The notes below the pieces were generated by a model, which worked only from the letters and a program-made list of their open reading frames with translations, was not told the DNA's origin and searched no databases. Position numbers and translations under genes: made by a program. From a virus (taxonomy: Duplodnaviria; Caudoviricetes), in the IMG/VR virus record IMGVR_UViG_2891785506_000002, positions 2,420-66,419 of that record: DNA of 64,000 nucleotides. The stretch is one strand, 5' to 3'. Positions 17,014 to 26,110 of the stretch are shown one piece after another; the stretch's first letter is position 1, and each line of letters opens with the position of its first letter.

Positions 17014-17787
17014 ATGGAAAACAACATTCAATTATTCAAAAACGATCAATTCGGGGAAGAGAGAGTAACCGAGTTGAACGGGGAGCCGTTATTTTGTCTT
17101 TCCGACGTGTGTAACATACTTGGATTAAGACAAGGTGATGTAAGACAACGATTAGACGAGGGGGTGGTTTCAACCCAACCCCTTCAGACAGCAGGAGGAA
17201 TTCAGCAAGCCAATTTCGTTAATGAAGATGGCTTGTATGATACAATACTCGATAGTCGGAAACAAGAAGCGAAACAATTTCGGAAATGGGTAACAAGTGA
17301 AATTTTACCATCTATCCGCAAAACTGGTGGTTATCTAGTCACATCAGAGAACGACACTCCGGAAATGATCATGGCAAAAGCTATTATTGTGGCACAAGAA
17401 ACTATAAAGAAAAAGGACGAGAAGCTAAAACAACTCGAACACCGTAATAGCATCCTTGAACCGAAAGCCGAGTTGATGGACAAGGTGATGGACTCGGATC
17501 AGAAAATCGACGTCGGGCAAGCGGCTAAAATCCTTCAATTGCCGTTCGGGAGGAACACTCTCTTTCAGAAATTGCGAGAGAAAGGTGTTTTCTTCTCCAA
17601 TAGAAACGAACCGAAGCAAGAATACATTAAACGTGGCTATTTCGAGCTAAAAGAGAAATGGATTGATCGGGATAATCATGACGGCTTTATGGTTGTAAAA
17701 GTATTGGTAACACAAAAAGGACTTGATTTTATAGCGAAGTTGTTTGAGATCGTTAAACATACCAAGCAGCTAGCAAAAATAATGTAA
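17014..17787 (+). CDS. BRO-N + KilA-C (ANT) antirepressor
   Basis: PLFCLSDVC.IL, FVNEDGLY..IL.SRK.EAK.FRKWVTSEILPSIRKTGGY; C-terminal GRN.LF..LR...V.QKG. Confidence 0.9.
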   Translation: MENNIQLFKNDQFGEERVTELNGEPLFCLSDVCNILGLRQGDVRQRLDEGVVSTQPLQTAGGIQQANFVNEDGLYDTILDSRKQEAKQFRKWVTSEILPSIRKTGGYLVTSENDTPEMIMAKAIIVAQETIKKKDEKLKQLEHRNSILEPKAELMDKVMDSDQKIDVGQAAKILQLPFGRNTLFQKLREKGVFFSNRNEPKQEYIKRGYFELKEKWIDRDNHDGFMVVKVLVTQKGLDFIAKLFEIVKHTKQLAKIM

Positions 17788-17961
17788 TAACCCTCCCCGT
17801 CTAACCACGGGGAGATAAAATAAAAGATAAAGTAATTAATTATGCCACAAGAATGCTGGTTTACTAATTATCGCTTCCCTGTTTTGAGCGATCCAACAAA
17901 AGTAATAATAATCCGATGTAATTTATTAAACGACAGTTTACCTAAAACAAAAAGAACAGGT

Positions 17962-18132
17962 ATGAAAGAACACTTAATTAAAACATGGTTATTCTCCCGC
18001 TCCTTGTTAGAGGAAGCGGCACAGATGTTAAACATCCATTCTGCCGGAAGCAGAGCGGTGTTAGAAATTAATTTATGTAGAAGATCCTACAAGGAATTAA
18101 AGGAAGTTATATCCAAAATGTATTCTAAATGA
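17962..18132 (+). CDS. Hypothetical protein
   Basis: Track ORF 17842-18132; likely start is ATG 17962. Confidence 0.4.
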   Translation: MKEHLIKTWLFSRSLLEEAAQMLNIHSAGSRAVLEINLCRRSYKELKEVISKMYSK

Positions 18133-18150
18133 ATATAATATGGATTACAA

Positions 18151-18396
18151 TTGATTAAAATAAGACCTATGAATAACCAATTAAATCACATAAACAAGAA
18201 TAGTTTCTGGGGAACGATAATAATTTCTATTATTCCCGTGACTGTTTTTTCACTCAGTTATGAAGAGTTTGGTATTTACGGAACTGCGGTCATTATAATG
18301 ATTATATGCTGTCTTTACTTTATTAAATTTAGGCAAGACATAATCATTGACTACTTGAAGATGAAACAAGACGAAGAATTAACTAGAAATAGGTAA
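18151..18396 (+). CDS. Small membrane protein
   Basis: Two hydrophobic segments. Confidence 0.45.
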   Translation: MIKIRPMNNQLNHINKNSFWGTIIISIIPVTVFSLSYEEFGIYGTAVIIMIICCLYFIKFRQDIIIDYLKMKQDEELTRNR

Positions 18397-18408
18397 CAGG
18401 GGAGAATT

Positions 18409-18669
18409 ATGAAAATATCAGGATGCATCATACAAAAACGCAATATTAAGGAAAGTAACAAAGATACTTTCTACGCAAGCTACAGGGGAAAAAGAATATA
18501 TGTTTCTTCCAATCATGGGTTTGGGAAGGCAGAATACGATCATCTTACTCGTTTTTATATCTTCGTGGTTGATGCAAAAACAGAAATATGCGACGTGGAT
18601 ATGTACGAGGATTGCCATGATATTCGAGAAGCGATAAGAGTAGCATTGAAAGGAGCGTGTTTTATTTAA
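18409..18669 (+). CDS. Hypothetical protein
   Basis: 86-aa ORF. Confidence 0.55.
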   Translation: MKISGCIIQKRNIKESNKDTFYASYRGKRIYVSSNHGFGKAEYDHLTRFYIFVVDAKTEICDVDMYEDCHDIREAIRVALKGACFI

Positions 18670-18682
18670 CAAATTTACGACT

Positions 18683-18832
18683 ATGAGTAAGAAACGTAAA
18701 GAGAAGGTGGTATACATTCCTAACCAGTTATACTACCAAAACACCTTTTACAATCGTGGAGAAAATGATTACCTCCACAACAAGAATTTAAGTAGACAGT
18801 ATCAATACAAACTCGCTAAAAAGAAGAAGTAA
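18683..18832 (+). CDS. Small basic protein (49 aa)
   Basis: Manual translation MSKKRKEKVVYIPNQLYY... Confidence 0.4.
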   Translation: MSKKRKEKVVYIPNQLYYQNTFYNRGENDYLHNKNLSRQYQYKLAKKKK

Positions 18833-18833
18833 C

Positions 18834-19184
18834 ATGCAACAAAAAGTAGAAGAAGCAGCCCATTTATTTGCTGAAAGTAGGAGCAGCGGTAGTGACTTCC
18901 CTGCATATTACCATGGATTTATAGCTGGTGCAGAATGGCAGGCTTGTCATCCTCTATGGATAAACGCTAAGATACAGTTACCAAAAGATTATGAGCAAAA
19001 ATTAATCCTTTTAAAGGACTGGAAAGTTAGAATTGCTATATTAGATTCTTTCGATGAGAATGATTTTAAGACTACTTATTTCTGGTATGACAGAGAAATC
19101 GACGAGAGTTTTGATTTGGAAGATGTTGTCGCATGGGCACCTATTCCATCTTTTTATGAAATAGTAATTACGAAAAAGAAATGA
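18834..19184 (+). CDS. DUF551-like hypothetical protein
   Basis: AGAEWQ...WINAKIQLP...VVAWAPIP pattern. Confidence 0.55.
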   Translation: MQQKVEEAAHLFAESRSSGSDFPAYYHGFIAGAEWQACHPLWINAKIQLPKDYEQKLILLKDWKVRIAILDSFDENDFKTTYFWYDREIDESFDLEDVVAWAPIPSFYEIVITKKK

Positions 19185-19360
19185 GCCAAGTTTGTTCTAC
19201 AATGTGGTATGATAACGGATGGTGGTGTACGTGTCCGTGGTGTGGAGAATTTATTGAAGTAAGTGACGCTGATAATATGTTGTTTAATAACAATTGTTCC
19301 ATGTACATAGTATGCCCCAATGAAGAATGTGGAAATAGTTTTTATTTAGAAAAGCAATAA
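19181..19360 (+). CDS. Zinc-ribbon protein (59 aa)
   Basis: Manual translation with CPWCG and CPNEECG. Confidence 0.5.
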   Translation: MSQVCSTMWYDNGWWCTCPWCGEFIEVSDADNMLFNNNCSMYIVCPNEECGNSFYLEKQ

Positions 19361-19362
19361 TC

Positions 19363-19644
19363 ATGGGAGTAGAGAAAAATATAAGCATGGATAAATTCCC
19401 CAAACAGCATCTACCCGAAGAAACTGTTATGGGTGGGATAGGTAGAATCGTGAATGTTTGTTTTAACTACGATTCGGCAAAGAGAATACGTGGTGTAATA
19501 ATTAGAGATGACAAAGAATATCCAGGTGTTACTATTATTAGACTAGTTGACGGAAGAATTGTTTTGTCTAGTGAATGCCAGTATTCTACAACAGATGAAG
19601 TATATGAAACGGTAACTCGTAGTTTTATATTTAAAAATAGGTAA
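19363..19644 (+). CDS. Hypothetical protein
   Basis: 93-aa ORF. Confidence 0.55.
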   Translation: MGVEKNISMDKFPKQHLPEETVMGGIGRIVNVCFNYDSAKRIRGVIIRDDKEYPGVTIIRLVDGRIVLSSECQYSTTDEVYETVTRSFIFKNR

Positions 19645-19646
19645 TT

Positions 19647-19856
19647 ATGGAAGAATATAAAGTAGGCGAAGTGTTCCAGTTTGGAAGGATTAAACTGAGA
19701 TGCGTGGAAGTTTCAGGCGGGAATTGCAATGGATGTTATTTGCGTGATTTAATTGATTGTGGATCGTGTGTTGGAGAATGTTTTTGGGCGAAAAGATCAG
19801 ACCACAAGAACGTGGTATTTGTTGAAGTAACAGAAGAAGACAATGGCAAAATTTAA
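19647..19856 (+). CDS. Cys-rich hypothetical protein
   Basis: YKVGEVF...C.GC...C..R.D...VVFVEV pattern. Confidence 0.6.
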   Translation: MEEYKVGEVFQFGRIKLRCVEVSGGNCNGCYLRDLIDCGSCVGECFWAKRSDHKNVVFVEVTEEDNGKI

Positions 19857-19881
19857 ATAATAAATAATACAAAAAAACGAT

Positions 19882-20082
19882 ATGAGTACAGCTTGCGTGC
19901 AGGATATATACAAGTGCGCCACATGTAAATCGGCAGCGGACGAACACGGGAGAGGATGCAAGTATGGATTATTATTCCCCTTGCTTCTAGTTATAACGGA
20001 ACAGCCTAATTGCAAGAATTATGAATTTGACATGGAAAAGGCAAGACTGCAACTGAAAAAACTAGAAGAATCTAAAACATAA
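19882..20082 (+). CDS. Cys-rich hypothetical protein
   Basis: 66-aa ORF. Confidence 0.5.
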   Translation: MSTACVQDIYKCATCKSAADEHGRGCKYGLLFPLLLVITEQPNCKNYEFDMEKARLQLKKLEESKT

Positions 20083-20100
20083 ATAAAAGTAATATTAAAA

Positions 20101-20418
20101 ATGGAAGATACACAATTTATAGTACAAGCGTTGTTTTTTATCGTAAATTGTTTCGCTATTGCCTTCATCTGCACCGTGGTTACAAGGTGGATACAACGGG
20201 TCGAGGAGTTAATTAGCGTCGCCAATAAGTCAATCGACGCCTCGGCGAAAAGATTGGACAGCGTCTACGTGAACCAGTTGTTATTATTGCAACAAATGTA
20301 CGCCGCAACCGAACAATACGAGGAAGCGGCAAAGGTTAAGAGATTAGTGGAAATAGAACTTAAACTACAAAAAGAACGTTTAAATGAAAAGAGTGTACAA
20401 GATCGGAACCAAGGGTAG
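20101..20418 (+). CDS. Membrane-anchored protein with UVR-like C-terminal helix
   Basis: N-terminal TM segment; EQYEEAAKVKR resembles the UVR motif. Confidence 0.5.
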   Translation: MEDTQFIVQALFFIVNCFAIAFICTVVTRWIQRVEELISVANKSIDASAKRLDSVYVNQLLLLQQMYAATEQYEEAAKVKRLVEIELKLQKERLNEKSVQDRNQG

Positions 20419-20569
20419 CGTGATAACCCTATACCGGAGGAGATTTAAACTCTTCTGGCTCCCCGTCGAATCCAAGAACTTTTACTATTCAGAACACAGG
20501 ATAAAAATAATATGGGATTGGGTAGTAAAATACGGGAAGGATAATTTTATCTCGGACAAGTGTTATTAA
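20384..20569 (+). CDS. Hypothetical protein
   Basis: 61-aa ORF. Confidence 0.45.
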   Translation: MKRVYKIGTKGSVITLYRRRFKLFWLPVESKNFYYSEHRIKIIWDWVVKYGKDNFISDKCY

Positions 20570-20654
20570 AATGGAAAGTAAAAAAATCGGGAATTCCGAT
20601 TTTCTCAATAAACTGAAATTAGATGTCGAGTGTTGCAAGGATAACTCTCGAACG

Positions 20655-20690
20655 GTAGGGGCATTCCTTCTCGGGAGTGCCCTTTTTTTA
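20655..20690 (+). terminator. Intrinsic terminator ending the early operon
   Basis: AGGGGCATTCC...GGGAGTGCCCT hairpin followed by a T-run. Confidence 0.65.
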
Positions 20691-20764
20691 TATAGAATTG
20701 AAACAAATAAAACGAAAATATCGTAAAATAAAGAAGAATTCTTGCAAGATTTAATCCTGGAATT

Positions 20765-20857
20765 TATATTTGCGACATAATTACGCTCTTGGCTTCGCAT
20801 ATCTCAAATCAATTTGATTCTAATAACGAGGATGCCGACCCAAGAGCCTCGTTTTTT
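20765..20857 (+). promoter_or_regulatory. Promoter and attenuator-like leader of the NYN gene
   Basis: TATATTTG 20765-20772. GCTCTTGG/CCAAGAGC long hairpin competes with the AACGAGG/CCTCGTT + T6 terminator. Confidence 0.55.
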
Positions 20858-20864
20858 ATAGCTT

Positions 20865-21668
20865 ATGGAAAAGAAAAACTCGAACAAAACAGACAATTCA
20901 ACAAATTTTAATATTCCAGTTAAAATAGCCGTATTGATAGATGGGGGATTTTTCATTAAAAGATACAATTCTCTTTACAATAAAGAAAAATCAAAAACCG
21001 CAGAGGAAGTTGCTGACGATATATACACGTTAGCTCATTCTCATGTCGGAAAAGAAAATTATTTATACCGTATTTTTTTCTATGACTGCCTCCCGTTTGA
21101 AAAAAGAGTTCACAACCCGATATCCAAAAAATGTATTGTTTTCGAGAAAACGCCAGAAGCGATTTTCAGGAATCAAATATTTGAATTTTTAAAACAGAAA
21201 AGGAAAGTAGCCCTTAGATTAGGATACCTGAAAGATTCAGGTAATTGGCTAATCAGACCAAGTAAAGTAAAGGAACTCCTATCTAAAAATATTGTAATTG
21301 ACGATTTGTCCGAGGATGATGTTTATTATGATTTAAGACAAAAAAGCATAGACATGAAAATAGGTGTCGATATAGCTTCGTTGTCTTTAAAACATTTTGT
21401 AGACAGGATTGTGCTTATTTCTGGTGATGCTGATTTTGTTCCAGCTGCAAAACTCGCAAGAAGAGAGGGGATAGATTTTATTTTAGACCCGATGATGGCG
21501 CATGTGGATAATTCCCTGTTCGAGCATATAGACGGAATGAAGTCGCCTAAATTTTGTAGAAAAGCGGATTCTAGCACAGGAAGTATAACAGATGGAAAGA
21601 CAGATAGCCCTAAACCCTCGGGTAAAATCAAGCGGAAAACAATAAAAAAAGTGCCTAGAAATAAATAA
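20865..21668 (+). CDS. NYN (PIN-fold, LabA/DUF88-like) ribonuclease
   Basis: VLIDGGF, RIFFYD, QK.IDMKIG.D, LISGDADFVPA.K.ARREG. Confidence 0.9.
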   Translation: MEKKNSNKTDNSTNFNIPVKIAVLIDGGFFIKRYNSLYNKEKSKTAEEVADDIYTLAHSHVGKENYLYRIFFYDCLPFEKRVHNPISKKCIVFEKTPEAIFRNQIFEFLKQKRKVALRLGYLKDSGNWLIRPSKVKELLSKNIVIDDLSEDDVYYDLRQKSIDMKIGVDIASLSLKHFVDRIVLISGDADFVPAAKLARREGIDFILDPMMAHVDNSLFEHIDGMKSPKFCRKADSSTGSITDGKTDSPKPSGKIKRKTIKKVPRNK

Positions 21669-21684
21669 CTAGCATTTTATTTAT

Positions 21685-21812
21685 TACTTTTGCATATAAT
21701 AATGTAACTATTATACACCTAAGGAGAGAAGCCTTAGTCTAATTCCCCAATTAGATAATAGTCTAAAAGAAAGTGAATCAGGATTGCCGTCTTTAATTCA
21801 CTTTCTTTTTTA
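21685..21812 (+). ncRNA. Candidate small RNA downstream of the NYN gene
   Basis: TACTTTTG 21685-21692, two short hairpins and a bidirectional terminator 21766-21812; no ORF. Confidence 0.4.
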
Positions 21813-21893
21813 TATGCCAAAAATAAAGGGGCATCCCGCCCCTCTAACACATCGCCAACTGTGCTACACTTTAAAACAACTATCTAACCGCTC

Positions 21894-21998
21894 TTAAACG
21901 AGATTGAGCATTTCCGCTACAATTATCGCCGCAACTCCGGCAATACACTCGTTGTCCAGCAAGTCCATTAAATAAACAAAATTAGCCTCGTTCTTCAT
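21894..21998 (-). CDS. Small protein (34 aa)
   Basis: Manual translation MKNEANFVYLMDLLDNECIAGVAAIIVAEMLNLV. Confidence 0.35.
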   Translation of the reverse strand: MKNEANFVYLMDLLDNECIAGVAAIIVAEMLNLV

Positions 21999-22011
21999 GG
22001 CGCGTGTTTTT

Positions 22012-22458
22012 TTAAGTTTTACATTTACAAATTTCCCTCTCTATATCTTTATCGTGATTACAACAGGTACACAGGAACATCTTGTTTACCGGGAACAAAT
22101 CACGCCGTATCTCCCCGGACAGGTAAGCGACATCCTCTCCGCCTGTTTCCAACCCGAATGCTTTAGCCACGTGGTCAGTGAAATGTCTTAGCTCGTGCGA
22201 GAACGAATTATCGAACTCTGCCGGACTTTCCCACATCCCGATAACCATCACCGTTTCACGCAGGGCGTTATTGGAATATGTAAGACCCGTGTTCAACCTG
22301 CATGAAGCCATGTTCCGGTAGGCTCTTTCAAGATTATTCCTCGGGCATTGTATCGCTCTTAACTCGTTAATAATATCACGAGTGTAATAACAATCCACGG
22401 CGTAGAACACTCGAAGGTGCCAGTCGTAACGGTCAATATACAGGTCTTGCACTATCAT
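22012..22458 (-). CDS. Hypothetical protein with an HExxH-like motif
   Basis: NSFSHELRHFTDH. Confidence 0.6.
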   Translation of the reverse strand: MIVQDLYIDRYDWHLRVFYAVDCYYTRDIINELRAIQCPRNNLERAYRNMASCRLNTGLTYSNNALRETVMVIGMWESPAEFDNSFSHELRHFTDHVAKAFGLETGGEDVAYLSGEIRRDLFPVNKMFLCTCCNHDKDIEREICKCKT

Positions 22459-22691
22459 CGGTTCAATTTCGCTAGTTGTTTTTCCAACCTACGCCTTTGC
22501 GCTCGATTTAAGACACTTTTATCTATGCCTTTGGCGAAACCCTTTAACTTGTTAAAATCATCCTCTGGCATCGATTTAATAACACTCTCCGGGTTTTCTC
22601 CTCGGAGAATCCTAAGCACGTACTTTAACCCTTTCATAGTATCTCGTCCCATTCTACCGGTTCGCCGGCCGCCACCATCGTGGCGTACCAC
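22455..22691 (-). CDS. Hypothetical protein
   Basis: Operon-coupled ORF; start uncertain. Confidence 0.5.
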   Translation of the reverse strand: MVRHDGGGRRTGRMGRDTMKGLKYVLRILRGENPESVIKSMPEDDFNKLKGFAKGIDKSVLNRAQRRRLEKQLAKLNR

Positions 22692-23056
22692 CTTCTCATC
22701 GTTGTGCCATCGGCGGCATCGGGATCGTCAATAACGTCTTTAACGTACAAGGCTAAATGCTGCTCGTCCTTTATCGAGGAACCTAGAAAATCCGCTTTCG
22801 CCATGTTGGCGGCGTACAAATAGTCTAAGCCCGTGGCGTTTCCCAGTTTAACACCGTTCCTTGATAACAGGTCATCAACTTGCTCCTTCGTGTAAGGATC
22901 TATCTTTTCCATCTTCCCCGTTGCCGGGTTATTTTTCTTCATTTTGGAGGTAGCGTATTCTACCGCCTTCTTGTTAAAATGCCACCCGTTGTTTCTCAAG
23001 TAAGCTTTCATCTCCCGTGGCATATCGTCGTACAAGTCTAAAGCTGGTCTACACAT
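22634..23056 (-). CDS. Conserved hypothetical phage protein
   Basis: YL..NGWHFNKK...YAANM.KADF..SSI.DE.HLA.YVKD.IDDPD..DG...RRW.A pattern. Confidence 0.7.
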   Translation of the reverse strand: MCRPALDLYDDMPREMKAYLRNNGWHFNKKAVEYATSKMKKNNPATGKMEKIDPYTKEQVDDLLSRNGVKLGNATGLDYLYAANMAKADFLGSSIKDEQHLALYVKDVIDDPDAADGTTMRRWYATMVAAGEPVEWDEIL

Positions 23057-23106
23057 TGTAATTTTTTTTTAAAAGGAGGCGAGAAAACCCGCCTCCCGGT
23101 TAAACA

Positions 23107-23364
23107 CTACCGGTAACGCGAATACCTACCGGTTCCACGGACTCCCCTGCGGTTACCGTAACCACCACGACCGGAGCCGCCGCTATAACCGCCACGTTCT
23201 CCCATGTCGTCGTAATCCTCGTCATCGTCCCAGCGTTCGCCCATGCTTTCCCCGTTGGAAAGTTCCTCGAGACATTGCATCAACTTGCCGCCGTAACGAA
23301 CCATTTTTTCAGCGTAGTCGGACATTTTCTCGACCTTGCTCTCTGATATTTCGATCATAACCAT
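23107..23364 (-). CDS. Small protein with a Gly/Arg/Tyr-rich disordered tail
   Basis: Ends GGYSGGSGRGGYGNRRGVRGTGRYSRYR. Confidence 0.65.
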   Translation of the reverse strand: MVMIEISESKVEKMSDYAEKMVRYGGKLMQCLEELSNGESMGERWDDDEDYDDMGERGGYSGGSGRGGYGNRRGVRGTGRYSRYR

Positions 23365-23898
23365 TTAACTTGTTTTTTTACTGTTACTACTACCGTTTAA
23401 AGCTTTCGACAGCATCTCTCTTATATCCGTCAGTGTGCCTTCCATGCCGGAAACCTTTTGTTCCAACGCCCCGATTTTCTCCTCTTGCGCTTTCTCTTTA
23501 GCGAGTTGCGGGTTTAACACCTTTAGCATGTCGTCGCAAGAAGCTATAACGCTTTCATGGTAAGGAATGCTCTCGATAACTTGCTTGCTCGTTCTTAGCA
23601 TTGCCTCCACCTCGGCGTTCATCGCTTCCCTGCTCTCGGATACCACGACGCCGCTAGAACCGAAATTAGCGATAGACAAGGTTGCCGGGAGCTGTTTGAA
23701 CTCCATCGTTTCCTCCCCGACCTTCACCGACACGTCAACCACCGTTTCCACGTTTTGCCCGAAGGCTTGACCCGGCACGAGTTGGCCGTACTTGGGTTGC
23801 GGGTTACTCACGGAAACCACCTGACCGACCTTCAAACTTGGATTGTCGCCTTTTTGAAGGATGTAAAATATATTCTGTTGTCTTAAACTTTGAAACAT
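23365..23898 (-). CDS. Conserved hypothetical protein with C-terminal coiled coil
   Basis: 177-aa ORF abutting the next gene. Confidence 0.7.
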   Translation of the reverse strand: MFQSLRQQNIFYILQKGDNPSLKVGQVVSVSNPQPKYGQLVPGQAFGQNVETVVDVSVKVGEETMEFKQLPATLSIANFGSSGVVVSESREAMNAEVEAMLRTSKQVIESIPYHESVIASCDDMLKVLNPQLAKEKAQEEKIGALEQKVSGMEGTLTDIREMLSKALNGSSNSKKTS

Positions 23899-23943
23899 GA
23901 TTAATTAACTCTTTAACAAGCGGGATAACTCCCGCTCCTGATT

Positions 23944-24288
23944 TTACACTACTCCTGTCAAAATTTGCAAGGTGTTACTTCCAGACTCGTAATAACACAG
24001 GTAAATACCCGTTCCTGTTATATCCGAGGCCGTCACGTTGGCACCCGCTATCGTTGTCAGTTCTTGGGTCGCCCCGTTCGTGTCGAAAACCACCGGGAGA
24101 GTTCCCGTGGTTCCAGCCGGGATGGGCTGGGCCAGCCTGAAAAGAATCAGACCGCTAAACGGTGCGGACAGGAAAGGGTGATTACGGAACGAGAAACGCA
24201 CGTTGGCGGTTCCTACCGTAACTCCCGTGCTTTCAAGCCTCGGGATCCCGTTCTTGTTCGCCATTATGAAAGGATTTATAAATGCCAT
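23944..24288 (-). CDS. Beta-sandwich-like hypothetical protein
   Basis: 114 aa, alternating beta-strand pattern. Confidence 0.65.
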   Translation of the reverse strand: MAFINPFIMANKNGIPRLESTGVTVGTANVRFSFRNHPFLSAPFSGLILFRLAQPIPAGTTGTLPVVFDTNGATQELTTIAGANVTASDITGTGIYLCYYESGSNTLQILTGVV

Positions 24289-24412
24289 AATACTTGTTTT
24301 AATAGATTATTACTATATTTGCACTGGGATAGATGAGAGTAATTAACTCATTGACAAGAGGTATGTCAACGCCTCTTCCCTTATTTTCAATGTTGACATC
24401 ATAAATATAAAG

Positions 24413-25057
24413 TTGACGATGACTAACGAAGAATTTATCAAAAGCATTTCTCTTGAAGGGGAAGAATGGCGAGATGTAACAGGCTGGGAAGGATTATATG
24501 CTGTCAGTAACATTGGACGTGTAGTCTCATATGGTCGTATCCAGCGTATAAGCAATGGACGCGGGAAAGCACATGAAATACATTTTCCCAAGAAAATTAT
24601 GAGTCTTTGCGAACATCATAATCACCACAAAAAAGGTGATGATTCGTATTTTTCCGTTATGTTACGAAATAACGGAAAAAACAGACGCTTTTTAGTTCAC
24701 AGGATTGTTGCGACGGAATTTATACCTAACCCTCTTGGCTACAAACATATTGATCATATAGATGCGAACAAACACAATAACAGGGTGGAAAATCTCCGGT
24801 GGTGTAATCCTATAATTAACATGGGAAACCCTTTAACAAAAGAAGCGATAAGTCGTGGCGCCAAAGGAAGAATAGCTCATAATCGTAGAAAAATACTATC
24901 ATTTAAAAATTCTTCTTTGGTTAAAGAATACGAATCACTAGCTTCTGTAAAGTCGGATGGATTTAGCCCTTCCAACGTGTATCTATGTTGTGTTGGTAGA
25001 CAGGTGATACACAAAGGATATAAATGGATGTACGCTGATGAATACGCAACCTCTTGA
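24413..25057 (+). mobile_element. Free-standing NUMOD4-HNH homing endonuclease
   Basis: EEWRDV.GWEGLYAVSNIGRV (NUMOD4); VHRIVA.EFIPNP....IDHID.NK.NNRV.NLRWC (HNH); C-terminal NUMOD1-like. Own TATATTTG promoter at about 24314. Confidence 0.9.
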
Positions 25058-25097
25058 CAATAAATCAAAGAACTCTTTATCTGCTCCTAGTTAGGCA

Positions 25098-26057
25098 TTA
25101 TCCCCATAACCCTCCATTGGGAAGATTGTTAAACCCAATCCCGTATTGAGCAGCCACGCAAGTCGGGACACCAACAATCGGACTGTAAGGTATTGTTACT
25201 GTTTCCGGAGCTTTACATTCGATCTTGGCTAATCTTGCCGATAAATCAGCGAGTGCGGCATTCGCGGGGGCAACAGCAGAACCAATCATCTGCCCAAATT
25301 GTGCAGTTTGATGTTCTTGTGAAAGTTGACCTGCAAGTGCCGTGCTACGAGCTCTTTCCGCGTCAAGTTTAGTCTGCATTTCACGCATTTCTAACTGGCA
25401 GAACCTGTCATTAATGATTTGCGTTTGGGCGTCAATTTTGGCAGCGATCACGTTTGCGTTGCTTGTTGCGTTTTGTACAATCTCTTGTGTCTGTTGAATT
25501 GTACGTAACTGACCCTCGTACCCTTGTGTAGTTACCAGGTTTTTCATGTCGCAGCAGCAAGAAGCGATCTGTTGGGCGATCTGGCAATTCCCTTGCTGGA
25601 TGGCGTTGATGATCTGCATGGAGCTTTGTCCGACTTGATTGCCAACTTGCTGAACTTGAGACATGACACCGTTGATGGCTTGCTGGATTTGTCCCACCGA
25701 GCAATTCAAGTTGGTTGCCAGCGTGTTGATGGCTTGCCCGTTACCTTGGATGGCGGACATCAGCAATTCTCTACCGTTGTCATTGTTGATAAGGTTCGGG
25801 ATGGCACCTAATCCACCGTTCTCGCCGTTTCCTCCCCAGAGTCCACCACGTCCCATGAGCGGGAACAAGAAGAACAAGAAAATTACCCACATGAACCAGC
25901 CTCCCTCGCCACCGAATCCACCGTTTCCACGGTTGTTCATGGCTAAAAGCAAGTTCGGGTCAAGCCCGTTTTTCTGGAGAAGCGGGGCAAGCATACCCAG
26001 CATCCCGTTTCCGCTACCTCCTTCGTTCGGGAATACAAAAGTTTTAGTTTCACTCAT
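25098..26057 (-). CDS. Gly-rich membrane-anchored, Q/N-rich coiled-coil protein
   Basis: GGFGGEGGWFMWVIFLFFLF TM segment, Q/N-rich helix with CQ/CCC motifs. Confidence 0.75.
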   Translation of the reverse strand: MSETKTFVFPNEGGSGNGMLGMLAPLLQKNGLDPNLLLAMNNRGNGGFGGEGGWFMWVIFLFFLFPLMGRGGLWGGNGENGGLGAIPNLINNDNGRELLMSAIQGNGQAINTLATNLNCSVGQIQQAINGVMSQVQQVGNQVGQSSMQIINAIQQGNCQIAQQIASCCCDMKNLVTTQGYEGQLRTIQQTQEIVQNATSNANVIAAKIDAQTQIINDRFCQLEMREMQTKLDAERARSTALAGQLSQEHQTAQFGQMIGSAVAPANAALADLSARLAKIECKAPETVTIPYSPIVGVPTCVAAQYGIGFNNLPNGGLWG

Positions 26058-26110
26058 ATTTTTAAAATTTATAATCGCCCGGCACCATTACCGGGTATCA
26101 CAAATTTCAC

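Noticed and set aside
24300-25097. Group I intron carrying the HNH gene
   Set aside because: The flanking genes are complete, the HNH is on the opposite strand, and no P7/R/S core sequences were recognised.
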